In this document: positions 17,117 to 28,200 of the stretch, one piece after another
Numbering within the stretch: position 1 is the stretch's first letter
Layout of the letters: the number at the start of each line of letters is the position of its first letter
Source of the DNA: an uncultured Methanobacteriaceae archaeon
Lineage (GTDB): Archaea > Methanobacteriota > Methanobacteria > Methanobacteriales > Methanobacteriaceae
Direction: 5' to 3'
Assembly: GCA_963771995.1 (NCBI GenBank)
Contig: CAVYVR010000006.1
Coordinates: 570,344-602,343, forward strand
DNA length: 32,000 bases
The notes under the pieces: model-generated
What the model saw: the letters and a program-made list of their open reading frames with translations, nothing else
The model's database searches: none
What the model was told of the DNA's origin: nothing
Program-made: the position numbers and the translations under genes

Positions 17117-17593
17117 TTAATTCTTTTTAATTCGAGCAATATCTCCAATCGTAGCTCCTCTAATTTTTGAATGGCCTATTTCATCTGCACTTACATCATC
17201 ATTTTTTTCAACTAACACAACATTCATCAATTTCTCGATCTTCCTAGCTAACTTCAGATCAGGAACCATTTTACCAGACTCAATTCGAGTAACAACAGAC
17301 GCCTTTTCATAGATCTTCTCTCCTAGTTCTTCACGAGACCATCCCTTCTTCTCCCTCGCTTCTCTAACAATGTCTTTAACATTTTCAACGACTTCTTCGG
17401 CAGGTTCTCTAGGCCTTTGAATTCTTCGAGTAGCACCTTTACTTCGAGATACTCCGGGCCGTTTAGGTTTAGGAGGTTCTCTTTGAATTTTACCAAATTT
17501 TGAGCATTCTTTGCACGTTATCATGATTGAACCATCTAGTTTAATTTTCAATGGTTCTTCTACTAGTTTTTTTCCACATATCTCGCATCTCAT
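17117..17593 (-). CDS. Archaeal multiprotein-bridging factor 1 (aMBF1): N-terminal zinc ribbon plus C-terminal XRE-type HTH
   Basis: The ribbon is MRCEICGKK...ITCKECSKFG (CxxC...CxxC). The HTH is REKKGWSREELGEKIYEKASVVTRIESGKMVPDLKLARKIEKLMNV. Confidence 0.88.
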   Translation of the reverse strand: MRCEICGKKLVEEPLKIKLDGSIMITCKECSKFGKIQREPPKPKRPGVSRSKGATRRIQRPREPAEEVVENVKDIVREAREKKGWSREELGEKIYEKASVVTRIESGKMVPDLKLARKIEKLMNVVLVEKNDDVSADEIGHSKIRGATIGDIARIKKN

Positions 17594-18274
17594 GGCTATC
17601 CCTTTACACTTGTAATCATTATATAATCTATATCCCTATATTATAAATATTAATAAATCTTTTTAGAGGTTACTTAGCGCCTTTTTTTTCTCACTTTTTA
17701 GATATAAGTTCATAATATTTTATATATGTTTATTTTGACTATGGATACCATTTTTTAGATCTAATTTTTTGAGGCTATTCCCATCTGACCTCTATCCAAT
17801 ATGGAAATAATTACAGATTCATTGTTCACGTTATGATAGGAATGTCACGTTAGGAGGTTTGAGTATAATTGACTGGAAAAAGATGAGATTATTTTTTATA
17901 ATTTGGGTTACTTTGAGTAACATTATTTTTAACTGTTTATAGTTATCTAGGTCTTTTTTTATTCTATAAATAATATTCTCCTATAGTTTTCAATTGATTT
18001 TTGAATATTTATTCATTACAATTATAAAGTTCCCTTGTTGCATCATTCAGATCATTTTTTTCAAACCAATAGTTATGTATATCTCTTTGACTGATTTCAT
18101 ATCTTATCCCAGAACTTATATTTTTTTAATTTAAATATCTATCTAATGTGAGAGTAAGTTGAAAAGTTCATCTCCACGAAACTTTAAATATTATTAAGGA
18201 CAATAAATTCAGTAAATAATATTAAGTCTTAGAGTATTATTTTTTTTTATAAAAGTTAGGAGTGAGCGAGGATC

Positions 18275-19507
18275 ATGGAAAACATGTCCCCAAATGTAGT
18301 AAAAAAGATTGAAGACCTCAAAACGGAGATAAAAATCCTAAAAGAGGATAACACTAAAACCAAACGTAACCTAATGTGGAAGGTTAGGAAGCTCGAGAAG
18401 GATAAAGTCCTGATTGAAAATGAAAAAATGAGGCTGGATAGAGAAGTCAAATCTCTTAGAGGAGAAATTGAAAGATTCAGATCGCCCCCACTAGTAATTG
18501 CTACGGTAACTGAAGTTTTAGACGATGGTAGGGTAGTTGTAAAAAGCAGCACAGGCCCTAATTTTGTAATTGGATATTCACGATTCTTAGATGAAAAGTC
18601 ACTTGAACCCGGTGTTCGTGTGGCACTTAACCAGCAGACATTCAGTATAGTGCATGTTCTGCCATCAGAAAAAGATCCTATTGTAACAGGTATGGAAGTC
18701 GAGGAAAAACCTGACGTTGCTTATGAACAGATAGGAGGATTAGAAGATCAAGTAGTAGAGATAAAGGAAACTGTTGAACTACCACTTAAAAAACCAGAAC
18801 TATTTGTCAACATTGGTATAGAACCTCCTAAGGGAGTCCTATTATACGGACCGCCTGGAACAGGGAAAACCCTGCTTGCAAAAGCAGTAGCACATGAAAC
18901 CAATGCAACATTTATTAAGATTGTGGCTTCTGAATTCGTTAAAAAGTACATTGGAGAAGGTGCTAGACTTGTTAGAGGTGTTTTCGAACTTGCAAAGGAG
19001 AAATCCCCAAGCATAATCTTCATTGACGAAATCGATGCAATAGCTGCTAAAAGACTTAAAAGTTCCACCAGTGGAGACAGGGAAGTTCAGAGAACCCTTA
19101 TGCAGTTACTAGCTGAAATGGATGGTTTCGAAGGTAGGGGAGATGTTGGAATTGTGGCTGCTACTAACAGACCTGACATTCTTGACCCTGCACTCTTAAG
19201 ACCTGGACGTTTTGATAGATTTATCGAGGTACCAATTCCAAATGAAGACGGCAGAAATGAAATATTGAAGATCCACACTAAGAAAATGACATTGGATGAA
19301 GATGTGGATATTAGACATATTGCATCACTTTCAGAAGGTGCTTCGGGTGCCGACCTTAAAGCTATTTGTACAGAATCGGGTATGTTTGCAATAAGGGAAG
19401 AACGGTCAACAGTTACAATGAACGATTTCATGGACGCTGTAGATAAGATTGTTGGTATGGAACATGATGAAGAAATGAGAAAAGAAGCAGGAGTGATGTT
19501 TGGATAA
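18275..19507 (+). CDS. pan: Proteasome-activating nucleotidase (PAN), AAA+ ATPase
   Basis: An N-terminal coiled coil ([15 protein letters not shown]...[12 protein letters not shown]) is followed by an OB region. Motifs are Walker [16 protein letters not shown], Walker [10 protein letters not shown], and [20 protein letters not shown]. Confidence 0.95.
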   Translation: MENMSPNVVKKIEDLKTEIKILKEDNTKTKRNLMWKVRKLEKDKVLIENEKMRLDREVKSLRGEIERFRSPPLVIATVTEVLDDGRVVVKSSTGPNFVIGYSRFLDEKSLEPGVRVALNQQTFSIVHVLPSEKDPIVTGMEVEEKPDVAYEQIGGLEDQVVEIKETVELPLKKPELFVNIGIEPPKGVLLYGPPGTGKTLLAKAVAHETNATFIKIVASEFVKKYIGEGARLVRGVFELAKEKSPSIIFIDEIDAIAAKRLKSSTSGDREVQRTLMQLLAEMDGFEGRGDVGIVAATNRPDILDPALLRPGRFDRFIEVPIPNEDGRNEILKIHTKKMTLDEDVDIRHIASLSEGASGADLKAICTESGMFAIREERSTVTMNDFMDAVDKIVGMEHDEEMRKEAGVMFG

Positions 19508-19531
19508 TATCCACTACATCCTATTCTATTC

Positions 19532-19537
19532 TTTTTT
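19532..19537 (+). terminator. Oligo-T tract (T6) 25 nt after the PAN stop codon
   Basis: CTTTTTTACA was read directly. This is a position-only inference. Confidence 0.3.
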
Positions 19538-19559
19538 ACAATGAATTTCTAATTTTCTT

Positions 19560-19615
19560 GCCTGTGATGAACCCTATGAGCTCTGATACATGATGACTGA
19601 TGGGCGATCTGAGGC
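19560..19615 (+). ncRNA. Archaeal C/D box sRNA (2'-O-methylation guide) with a full C, D', C', D box set
   Basis: C box GTGATGA is at 19564-19570. A 12-nt guide ACCCTATGAGCT follows, then D' CTGA at 19583-19586. A 3-4 nt linker leads to C' (A)TGATGA at 19590-19596. A 12-nt guide CTGATGGGCGAT follows, then D CTGA at 19609-19612. Flanking GCC (19560-19562) and GGC (19613-19615) can form the terminal stem. The spacing matches the canonical archaeal architecture, and the element lies in the intergenic gap between PAN and cbiJ. Confidence 0.8.
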
Positions 19616-19671
19616 TAACTAATTTATATTAAATACTTTTTTTATTTATTCACTTTCTATAAAAAATTAGA

Positions 19672-20478
19672 TTATTCCATTTTGTATTCAGTTCTTTTTA
19701 TTTGTATGATATTTCTTACAAGTAGATCTAAATCGGTAAATATAATCTCATTTTCCAGTTCAGGGATTACTGGTCTTTTAACTATGATTATTGGAATTTC
19801 AAGTTCAATTGCTGCTTTAATCTTGGAAAGTGTACCTCCTGTTTCTCCACTTTCCTTGGTTACTACTACTACAACGGCATATTCCTTCATTAAAGCCTTA
19901 TTGAAGTCTTTAGAAAAATTTCCCTGCATTGCTACTATGTTCACTGCAGGAATGCCAATTTCAATGCACTTTTTTATCGAGTAAATCACTGGAAGTACTC
20001 TAACAACGATCAAGTTAGGATTTATAACGTTGATCATGTGATGGAGAGTAGATACTCCGGCAAGATGCATCATCTTTCCTTGATTATTGTCTATTATTTC
20101 CATTGACATATCTGCAGCTTCTTGAAATGATGAAACTTGAATAACTCGATCATGGTCTGGAATTTTTGTTGATGGCCTTTCATAACGAATGTAGGTTTTC
20201 CCAGATTTATTTGCCGATTTTATGGCATTTAAGCTTGCTTCCGATGCGAATGGGTGTGTAGCATCCACTAGGAGATCAATTTCGTTGACTTCTAACAGAT
20301 CTGTGATTTCCTTCACCCCCAGACGACCTATTATAATCTCATCAGCACCTGCAGATAATGCAAGATCTCCCCCATATCTTGTGGTTGTAGTAGCGATCAC
20401 TTCAAGATCTTCGTATTCAGCTAGTTTACCAATGATGCCAACTGCATCAGATGTACCAGCCATGACCATAACCCTCAT
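19672..20478 (-). CDS. cbiJ: Cobalt-precorrin-6A (precorrin-6x) reductase CbiJ/CobK
   Basis: MRVMVMAGTSDAVGIIGKL, ...LLVDATHPFA... and ...TKESGETGG... match CbiJ/CobK motifs. The product is about 268 aa. Its ATG overlaps the stop of the upstream ATPase (ATGA). Confidence 0.85.
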   Translation of the reverse strand: MRVMVMAGTSDAVGIIGKLAEYEDLEVIATTTTRYGGDLALSAGADEIIIGRLGVKEITDLLEVNEIDLLVDATHPFASEASLNAIKSANKSGKTYIRYERPSTKIPDHDRVIQVSSFQEAADMSMEIIDNNQGKMMHLAGVSTLHHMINVINPNLIVVRVLPVIYSIKKCIEIGIPAVNIVAMQGNFSKDFNKALMKEYAVVVVVTKESGETGGTLSKIKAAIELEIPIIIVKRPVIPELENEIIFTDLDLLVRNIIQIKRTEYKME

Positions 20479-22988
20479 TTTATCACCTTCTCACTTATGA
20501 ATTCGCTTAAAAATATAGTAGACGCTACAATCAGAATAAGAACCCAATCCATGATGGAAATTGAAGTTGTTCTGAATACATGCTGTAGGTAAGGCAGGTA
20601 AATAACACCCAGCTGGAGCAGGAATGATGCAACTACTGCGATTATCAATGTTTTATTAGGGATCATACCTTTTGCCTTACAGTTGAATACATTGAATATT
20701 TGATACATTACAAAAACTGTGAATGCAACAGTCATTGCAGTTATGGTAGTTGCTCCGTGGGTTAATTCATAATAGTACAGTGTCAGCGTGCCAATACTCA
20801 TTACAATACCTGCAATTCCAATTCTAATCAGGTTTCTTCTGGGTATGATATTTCCCTTGCTTGGTGGTCGCTCCATCACGTTAGGCTCTGATGGTTCAAC
20901 ACCGAGTGACTGTGCAGGAGGACCGTCCATTATTATGTTTATCCATAATATCTGGATTGGATTGAATGGTATAGGCAGGCTCAGGAGGGATGCTGCAGTT
21001 ATGGTTAAGATTGCTCCAATATTGGTTGAAAGCTGAAATTTAACAAACCTTTTTATATTATCAAAAATTGTACGTCCCTCTTTAACTGCTTCAACAATAG
21101 TTGCAAAGTTATCGTCCTGGAGGAGCATATCAGATGATTCTTTGGCAACATCAGTGCCAGATCCCATTGCAACACCAATAGCTGCTTTTTTAAGTGCAGG
21201 AGCATCGTTCACTCCATCTCCAGTCATAGCAACAACTTGTCCAAGTGATTTAAGGGCCTCTACAATTCGAACCTTCTGTTCTGGGAAAACTCTTGCATAA
21301 ACGCTCACATCTTTAACTATTTTTTTAAAATTATAATCATCAATTTTATCAAGATCTGACCCACTCAATACATTTCCATCCTTCAAAATACCAATTTCAG
21401 ATGCTATTGCAGAAGCTGTATCTTTGTTATCTCCAGTGATCATTACTACTTTGATACCAGCTTTTTCACAGAGTTCAACAGCTCCTGCGGCTTCTTTTCT
21501 CGGTGGATCCATCATCCCCACCAGTCCAACAAATATCAAATTACTTTCCAATGCATCTCTATCTTCATATCCTTCTCCAGGCTCCATCTTCCTGTATGCT
21601 AATGCAAGCACTCTCAATGCTTCAGAGGTCATGCCTTTAAGATCGTCGAGTATTTCTATTCTATTATCTTCGGATATTTCAACGTACTCTTCATCCTCTA
21701 AAACCATACTACAACGTTCTATAACAATTTCTGGAGCACCTTTGGTGAGTATGTATCTTTCTCCATCAAATTGGTTTATTGTGGTCATTCTCTTTCTTTC
21801 ACTATCCAGTGGAATTTCAAAAATTCTTTTATGTTGCTTTTCCAACTCTTCTCTTTTGTAACCATTCTCTCCGGCATAGACAAGCATTGCACCGTCTGTT
21901 GGATCACCTATAACCTTTCCTTCCGAAATACTCGAGTTATTACACAGTGCTGAGATTTTAAATGCCATTTCAGGGTCAATAATCCTGGTTTGGCGGACTG
22001 TCATCTTATTTTCTGTTAACGTTCCTGTTTTATCTGTACATATAGTTGTGCAAGAACCTAATGTCTCAACTGCAAGTAATTTACGAACCACTGCATTGTT
22101 TTTAGCCATTCTCTGCATTCCAAGTGCCAAGGTTAATGTCATTATAGTAGGTAATCCCTCGGGAACAGCTGCGACTGCAAGGGAAACTGCAGTCATGAAG
22201 TTTGTAACAATTGGAACGCCTTTGAAAAATTGCAGAGTAAAGATACTTGTACAAACTACCAAGGCAATCAAACCCATGAGTTTACCAAGACCATGAATCC
22301 TTTCTTGAAGTGGTGTTTTCTGCTCTTCCCCCTGTATCATTTCTGCAATTTTACCTATTGCAGTTTTCATCCCTATCTCAACAACTACACCCCTTGCTCT
22401 TCCTTTCGATACATAGGTATCCATAAATGCAAGATTGGTAGTTTCGTCTTCAGAAAGTCGATTTTCATCCTTTTTGGAAGGTTTTGATTCACCAGTGAGT
22501 GCTGATTCATCTATCATGAGATCATAGCATTTGAGTAGTCTGAGATCTGCAGGCACATTGTCCCCCTCTTCAAGAACAACCACATCACCTATTGTAATTT
22601 CGCTTGCAGCTACCTTAGTTGTTTCACCATCACGAATAACAACCGTTTCCACTGAACTCATGCTTTTGAGCTTTTCCATGGCATTTTCTGCACGATTTTC
22701 TTGTATAAATCCTACAACAGCATTTAAAATGACAATAAGAATAATAACCGCCGCATCAGTTTTATCACCTACAAGTGCTGCAGCAGCAGCAGCTATTATC
22801 AAAAGTATAATAAGAAAATCTTTAAACTGAGCAATAAACTTCGTTACAGCACCAGGTTTTTTTTCCTCTACCAATTCGTTTTTACCATAATTTATCAATC
22901 TTTTCTGTACTTCATAACTATCTAATCCATCATAATCAGATTTTAATAGCTTTAAAGTATCATCTAAGCTTTTATTCTGCCATTTCAT
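20475..22988 (-). CDS. P-type cation-transporting ATPase (type II, Ca2+-ATPase-like)
   Basis: An N-terminal cation-ATPase-N pattern is present (LDSYEVQKRLINYGKNEL). Other motifs are TGES, the phosphorylation site ICTDKTGTLTENKM, MITGDN, and the hinge GDGVNDAPALKKAAIGVAMG. There are about 10 TM segments. Confidence 0.92.
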   Translation of the reverse strand: MKWQNKSLDDTLKLLKSDYDGLDSYEVQKRLINYGKNELVEEKKPGAVTKFIAQFKDFLIILLIIAAAAAALVGDKTDAAVIILIVILNAVVGFIQENRAENAMEKLKSMSSVETVVIRDGETTKVAASEITIGDVVVLEEGDNVPADLRLLKCYDLMIDESALTGESKPSKKDENRLSEDETTNLAFMDTYVSKGRARGVVVEIGMKTAIGKIAEMIQGEEQKTPLQERIHGLGKLMGLIALVVCTSIFTLQFFKGVPIVTNFMTAVSLAVAAVPEGLPTIMTLTLALGMQRMAKNNAVVRKLLAVETLGSCTTICTDKTGTLTENKMTVRQTRIIDPEMAFKISALCNNSSISEGKVIGDPTDGAMLVYAGENGYKREELEKQHKRIFEIPLDSERKRMTTINQFDGERYILTKGAPEIVIERCSMVLEDEEYVEISEDNRIEILDDLKGMTSEALRVLALAYRKMEPGEGYEDRDALESNLIFVGLVGMMDPPRKEAAGAVELCEKAGIKVVMITGDNKDTASAIASEIGILKDGNVLSGSDLDKIDDYNFKKIVKDVSVYARVFPEQKVRIVEALKSLGQVVAMTGDGVNDAPALKKAAIGVAMGSGTDVAKESSDMLLQDDNFATIVEAVKEGRTIFDNIKRFVKFQLSTNIGAILTITAASLLSLPIPFNPIQILWINIIMDGPPAQSLGVEPSEPNVMERPPSKGNIIPRRNLIRIGIAGIVMSIGTLTLYYYELTHGATTITAMTVAFTVFVMYQIFNVFNCKAKGMIPNKTLIIAVVASFLLQLGVIYLPYLQHVFRTTSISIMDWVLILIVASTIFLSEFISEKVIK

Positions 22989-23383
22989 TTATCACACATC
23001 TTGTAAAATATTGCCTTCTTATAGTTGATAAGCTTCATACATTTATCAGGTTTTATAAATTCTGTTGAAAGTGGTTTTATAATTAAATCCGCACCAACAT
23101 CTTTGGCAACCCTCATTATATGCTTTTGTAGTTCCTCAGGAGGACGTATAGAATAAATCAATGATGCACCCCTATATATATTTAAGTCCGGTTTGGTGAT
23201 ATCATCCACAACAACGTTTCCATGGGAAGGTTTAATATCTGTCATGATTATATCCATGTTAAGATGTTCTTGCAGTGTGAGGGCAACTAGGGGAAAACCC
23301 CCTACACCAACCTCAACTATGTATGAAGCATTCTTATAATGAGTTATAATAAACTCTGAAAAATCTTTCCACATTTTTACCAC
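22985..23383 (-). CDS. UPF0146-family small methyltransferase-fold protein
   Basis: IVEVGVGGFPLVALTL, ...MTDI..., ...LIYSIRPPEEL... and ...GADLIIKPL match my recollection of UPF0146. The start is GTG 23383 or ATG 23374. The stop overlaps the ATPase ATG (ATGA). Confidence 0.75.
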   Translation of the reverse strand: MVKMWKDFSEFIITHYKNASYIVEVGVGGFPLVALTLQEHLNMDIIMTDIKPSHGNVVVDDITKPDLNIYRGASLIYSIRPPEELQKHIMRVAKDVGADLIIKPLSTEFIKPDKCMKLINYKKAIFYKMCDK

Positions 23384-23400
23384 TTTTACTGGAGAAATTA

Positions 23401-23832
23401 ATGATAATAAGAGAATTTAAACGCCCGGACGTTAAAAGAGTCCTTGAAATAGAGATGGCGTCCTTCGATGATCCATACCCCGCTAACATCCTTGTTGATA
23501 TTTACAATTTGGGTGCAGGATTTCTTGTTGCCCAGGAAAATAATAGGGTAGTAGGCTATATTATATTTTGGATCAAGTTCGAAGATGAAGGCCACATTAT
23601 ATCTATTGCAGTCGATAAAAATTACAGAAGGCTTGATGTTGGGTCTAAATTAGTAGAAAGCAGCCTAGAAATCTTTAAGAAGTTTGAAGTAAAATTTATC
23701 AAACTCGAAGTAAGAGTCGGAAATAAAGGTGCAAGAAAATTCTACAGTAAAATGGGATTTAAAGAAGAAAACATCGTTGAAAAATATTACGAAGACCTCG
23801 AAGATGCTGTTATTATGTCCAAAGAAATGTAA
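23401..23832 (+). CDS. rimI: GNAT N-acetyltransferase, RimI-type (ribosomal-protein-alanine / N-terminal acetyltransferase)
   Basis: IREFKRPDVKRVLEIEMASF, ...HIISIAVDKNYRRLDVGSKL..., ...LEVRVGNKGARKFYSKMGF. GGAG lies 6 nt before the ATG. Confidence 0.85.
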   Translation: MIIREFKRPDVKRVLEIEMASFDDPYPANILVDIYNLGAGFLVAQENNRVVGYIIFWIKFEDEGHIISIAVDKNYRRLDVGSKLVESSLEIFKKFEVKFIKLEVRVGNKGARKFYSKMGFKEENIVEKYYEDLEDAVIMSKEM

Positions 23833-24051
23833 CAAGTTTAAGGAAAAAATTGAATTTGATCAAATCAATATTAGAATACTGCTTAAATAATCTAATTAAT
23901 AAACAAAGTAGAATAAACTAACTGAGATCATGAAACTATCTAATAAAAAATCTAATTAAAGATCAGTTATAAATTTAGGATGAACATAGGGTTTTTAAAT
24001 CAAATGATCATAATCAAATTTTGAATTTACAATTATTTAACCGGTGATTAA

Positions 24052-25134
24052 ATGCTAAAAGAGGCTAAATTAGCTTTAGAAGATGGAACTATACTTAAAG
24101 GAGAAGGATTCGGTTTTGAAACCATTAAAACAGGAGAAGTGGTTTTTGCAACAGGAATGACCGGATACGTAGAATCGCTTACTGATCCATCTTACAAAGG
24201 TCAAATTCTCATGTCAACCTATCCATTACAGGGTAATTATGGAATTTCCAAGGATTGGTTCCAGTCAGATGGAATTAAAGCAGAAGGATTTATAGTTAGG
24301 GAACAAAACACTCATCCATCACACAGACTCTCAAAAGAGAATTTAACCGATTTCTTAGAAGAGTATAAAATACCAGGCATCAGTGGAATTGACACTAGAT
24401 TTTTAACACTTAAAATTAGACGTCACGGGACAATGAAAGGCTCAATTTCAACAGAAGAAATTGAAGACCATGAACTTTTGAAGCTTGCCATTGAACAGGA
24501 AAATATAGAGGACATGAACTTGGTAAATCAGGTTTCAGTGAAAAAACCTCAAATAATAGGAGAAAACTGTAAATACAGAGCTGTTATAATTGACTGCGGT
24601 ATTAAACAGAACAGCATAGATGCATTACTAAAAAGGGATATAGGTGTCGTGGTTTTACCTTACAAAACAAGTTATAAGGAAATATTAAACTACGACCCTG
24701 AATCTGTCCTTGTATCCAGCGGGCCCGGAGACCCGACAAGAGTTACAGAAGCAGCTAATGCAGTCAAAAATCTCTCAGAGAAACTTCCAATCTTTGGAAT
24801 ATGTCTAGGTCAACAGATCATATCCCTAGCATTCGGTGCCAAAATATACAAAATGAAATTCGGACACAGGGGAATAAATCAGCCTGTAAAAGATCTTAAA
24901 ACCGGTAAGGTTTCTATAACCTCCCAGAATCATGGCTTCACCATAGATTCAGATTCTTGTAAAGATTTACCAATTAATATAACGCAAATAAACCTTAACG
25001 ACGGTACTCCTGAAGGATTGGAACACGAAGAACTTCCAATTTCTAGTGTACAATACCATCCTGAAGCAGGTCCTGGACCACACGACTCGGACCATTACTT
25101 CGACAATTTCCTTAAAACATTGAAGAATTATTGA
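24052..25134 (+). CDS. carA: Carbamoyl-phosphate synthase small (glutaminase) subunit
   Basis: [40 protein letters not shown], the triad region [11 protein letters not shown], and [11 protein letters not shown]. Confidence 0.95.
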   Translation: MLKEAKLALEDGTILKGEGFGFETIKTGEVVFATGMTGYVESLTDPSYKGQILMSTYPLQGNYGISKDWFQSDGIKAEGFIVREQNTHPSHRLSKENLTDFLEEYKIPGISGIDTRFLTLKIRRHGTMKGSISTEEIEDHELLKLAIEQENIEDMNLVNQVSVKKPQIIGENCKYRAVIIDCGIKQNSIDALLKRDIGVVVLPYKTSYKEILNYDPESVLVSSGPGDPTRVTEAANAVKNLSEKLPIFGICLGQQIISLAFGAKIYKMKFGHRGINQPVKDLKTGKVSITSQNHGFTIDSDSCKDLPINITQINLNDGTPEGLEHEELPISSVQYHPEAGPGPHDSDHYFDNFLKTLKNY

Positions 25135-25291
25135 TCATTATAACTTAAATAATTAAAAGGTACAATTTTAGATGATAACTCAAAATTCAAGCATTAGTAA
25201 CAATTTTTTGCTCTATAGCTTCGTTAATCAGAATAAATGAAAAAAAATGTATTGAAAATTTATGTGATTTATTAAAGGTAGAGGATCGTAA

Positions 25292-28200
25292 ATGCCAAGG
25301 GACAAAGATATAAAAAAAGTTCTTATTATTGGTTCAGGACCCATACAAATTGGACAGGCCGCTGAATTTGATTATTCGGGTTCTCAAGCGTGTAAATCCC
25401 TCATGGATGAGGGTATTGAAACAGTTCTTGTGAATAGCAACCCTGCAACTATACAGACAGATATAGATATGGCAGATAGAGTGTATGTGGAACCCTTGAC
25501 ACCTGAAATCGTAGCAAAGATCATAGAAAAAGAAAAACCAGATGCCATATTACCCACTATGGGTGGACAAACAGGTTTAAATGTTGCAACTGGTCTTGAA
25601 AAGATAGGTGCCCTGGAGGGAATCAAGGTTATTGGTTCTACAGTTCAAACCATAAGGAATGTTGAAGACCGAGACTTATTTGGAAACTTCATGACGGAAC
25701 TAGAAGAACCTATACCACACTGCAGAGCAGTTACTTCGATTGAAGATGCTATTGAAGCAGTATCTGAAATAGGTTACCCTGTAATAGTGAGACCTGCCTT
25801 CACACTGGGTGGTACTGGTGGTGGTGTTGCGCACAATCAAGAAGAACTCATTGAAGTTGCCACAAGAGGTATTGATATGAGCTTTATTAACCAAGTGCTC
25901 ATTGATGAATCTGTTATCGGTTGGAAAGAGTTTGAATACGAAGTAATGAGAGACAAGAATGATACTTGTATAATTGTTTGTAACATGGAGAACATGGATC
26001 CCATGGGAATACACACAGGTGAAAGTATTGTTGTAGCTCCTTCTCAGACACTTTCAGATGTCGACAATCAGAGGCTTAGAAACGCTTCCATCAAGATAAT
26101 TAGGGCCCTGCACATACAGGGCGGTTGTAATATCCAATTTGCATTTAACTCTGAAACTGGAGAATATAAAGTTATAGAAGTTAATCCTAGGGTTAGTAGA
26201 AGCAGTGCACTAGCATCTAAGGCTACAGGATATCCAATCGCCAAAATATCAGCCAAAATAGCTGTTGGAATGACACTCGATGAAATTCAAAATGATATAA
26301 CAAAGGAAACACCCGCATCCTTTGAGCCATCCCTTGACTATGTGGTTGCAAAAATCCCAAGATGGCCATTCGACAAGTTTAAAGGTGTTAAAAGAGAAAT
26401 AGGAGTCCAGATGCAGTCTACTGGTGAGGTCATGGCCATAGGGAGAACTATAGAAGAATCTCTCCACAAGGCAATAAGAAGCCTCGACATTGGAAAGTTT
26501 GGATTTGAAGAAATACCATACACCGATGAACTTCTTAAAAATGCCACAGATGAAAGAATTTTCCATCTGTATACCGCACTCAAATCTGGAAGGGAAATAG
26601 ATGATATTCACAATATCACACAAATAGACCGCTTCTTCCTCTATAAAATACAAAATATAATTGATTTTGAAACATATTTAAGGAGTTTAGAACGTGAAAA
26701 GGTCCTTAAACCAGAAATTCTTATAAAAGCTAAAAGAATGGGATTTTCCGATGCTATTCTATCGCAGATCACAGGATATGATGAGAGAAAAATAAGGAAT
26801 CACAGGCGGGAAATTGGGGTCATTCCTACTTATAAAATGGTTGACACTTGTGCCGCAGAATTTGAAGCTAAAACCCCATATTATTATAGTACCTACGAAG
26901 GAGAAGACGAAGTAACTGTTTCAGATAATAAAAAGGTTGTAATTATAGGTGCTGGCCCTATAAGAATTGGACAGGGGATAGAATTTGATTATTGTTGTGT
27001 TCACGCATCCATGGCCTTGAAAGATGAAGGCATAGAGACTATAATCATTAACAACAATCCAGAAACAGTTAGTACAGATTATGATATATCAAACAAGCTC
27101 TATTTCGAACCTTTAACCCTAGAAGATGTGATGAGTATAATGGACAAAGAAAAACCAGATGGAGTCGTTGTCCAATTTGGAGGTCAAACTTCAATAAACT
27201 TAGCAGTTCCCCTTGCTGAAGAGGGTATTCAAATACTTGGAACTGCACATGAAAGTATAGATCGTGTAGAGGATCGTGAACGTTTTACAGAAGTTTTAAA
27301 TCTTCTTGATATACCACAAGCAGAATACGGTATTGCTTACTCCTTTGAAGACGCACGATTGGTTGCAGAGCGGATAGGATTCCCTGTTCTTGTAAGACCT
27401 TCCTATGTATTAGGTGGACGGGCAATGGAAATCGTATACGATGACACTGAGCTCAAGACTTACATGAAAGAAGCTGTTAAGATCTCTCCAGAACATCCCA
27501 TTCTTGTTGATAAGTTTCTTGAAGATGCCATTGAAATAGACGTTGATGCACTATCAGACGGAGAAGAAGTCTTCATTGGAGGCATAATGGAACATATAGA
27601 GGAAGCTGGAGTCCATTCAGGAGATTCTGCTTGCGTAATGCCCCCTCAGAGTATCTCGAAGGATGTTTTGAAAACCATAAAAGAGTACACAACTAAACTG
27701 GCACTTGAACTCGACGTTGTAGGGCTCATTAATATACAATACGCAGTAAAAACAGATTCTGAAAGCAAAGTTTACATCATTGAGGCAAACCCACGTGCAA
27801 GTAGAACAGTTCCATTTGTTAGCAAAGCCGTAGGAGTACCTCTTGCAAAAATAGCTGCCATGTTAATGGTTGGACACAAACTTAAAGACTTAGGATTACA
27901 TGATGAAATTAAAATTAAACACGTCGCTGTTAAAGAATCAATCTTCCCCTTCATAAAGCTCCCCGCCGCTGACTCAATACTAGGACCTGAAATGAAATCT
28001 ACTGGAGAAAGTATGGGAATAGATGAGAACTTCGGTGTTTCATATTACAAGGCACAGCTTTCAGCAGGAATGAAACTACCTAAAAAAGGAAGACTGTTCA
28101 TAAGTGTGAGGAACTCTGATAAGAATAGCATAAGAGATATTGTTGAAAAGGCAGAAAGTCTTGGATTTGAACTGTTAGCAACAGCAGGAACTGCAAAAGC

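Noticed and set aside
17859-17942. Small hydrophobic ORF after AGGAGG, considered as a candidate membrane peptide or toxin
   Set aside because: It is not called as a gene. The TTG lies only 1 nt from the SD and the ATG about 25 nt from it. The ORF is very short and conservation cannot be assessed here. It is mentioned only under the long-gap finding.
20788-22830. Multiple + strand ORFs (for example 21424..21861 and 22531..22830) opposite the P-type ATPase
   Set aside because: They are Ser/Thr/Ile-rich antisense translations of a clearly coding minus-strand gene.
25384-26653. Reverse-strand ORFs inside carB (25384..25626, 25700..26014, 26068..26256, 26249..26653, 26338..26583)
   Set aside because: All lie antisense to the well-supported carB reading frame and none has a recognisable motif.
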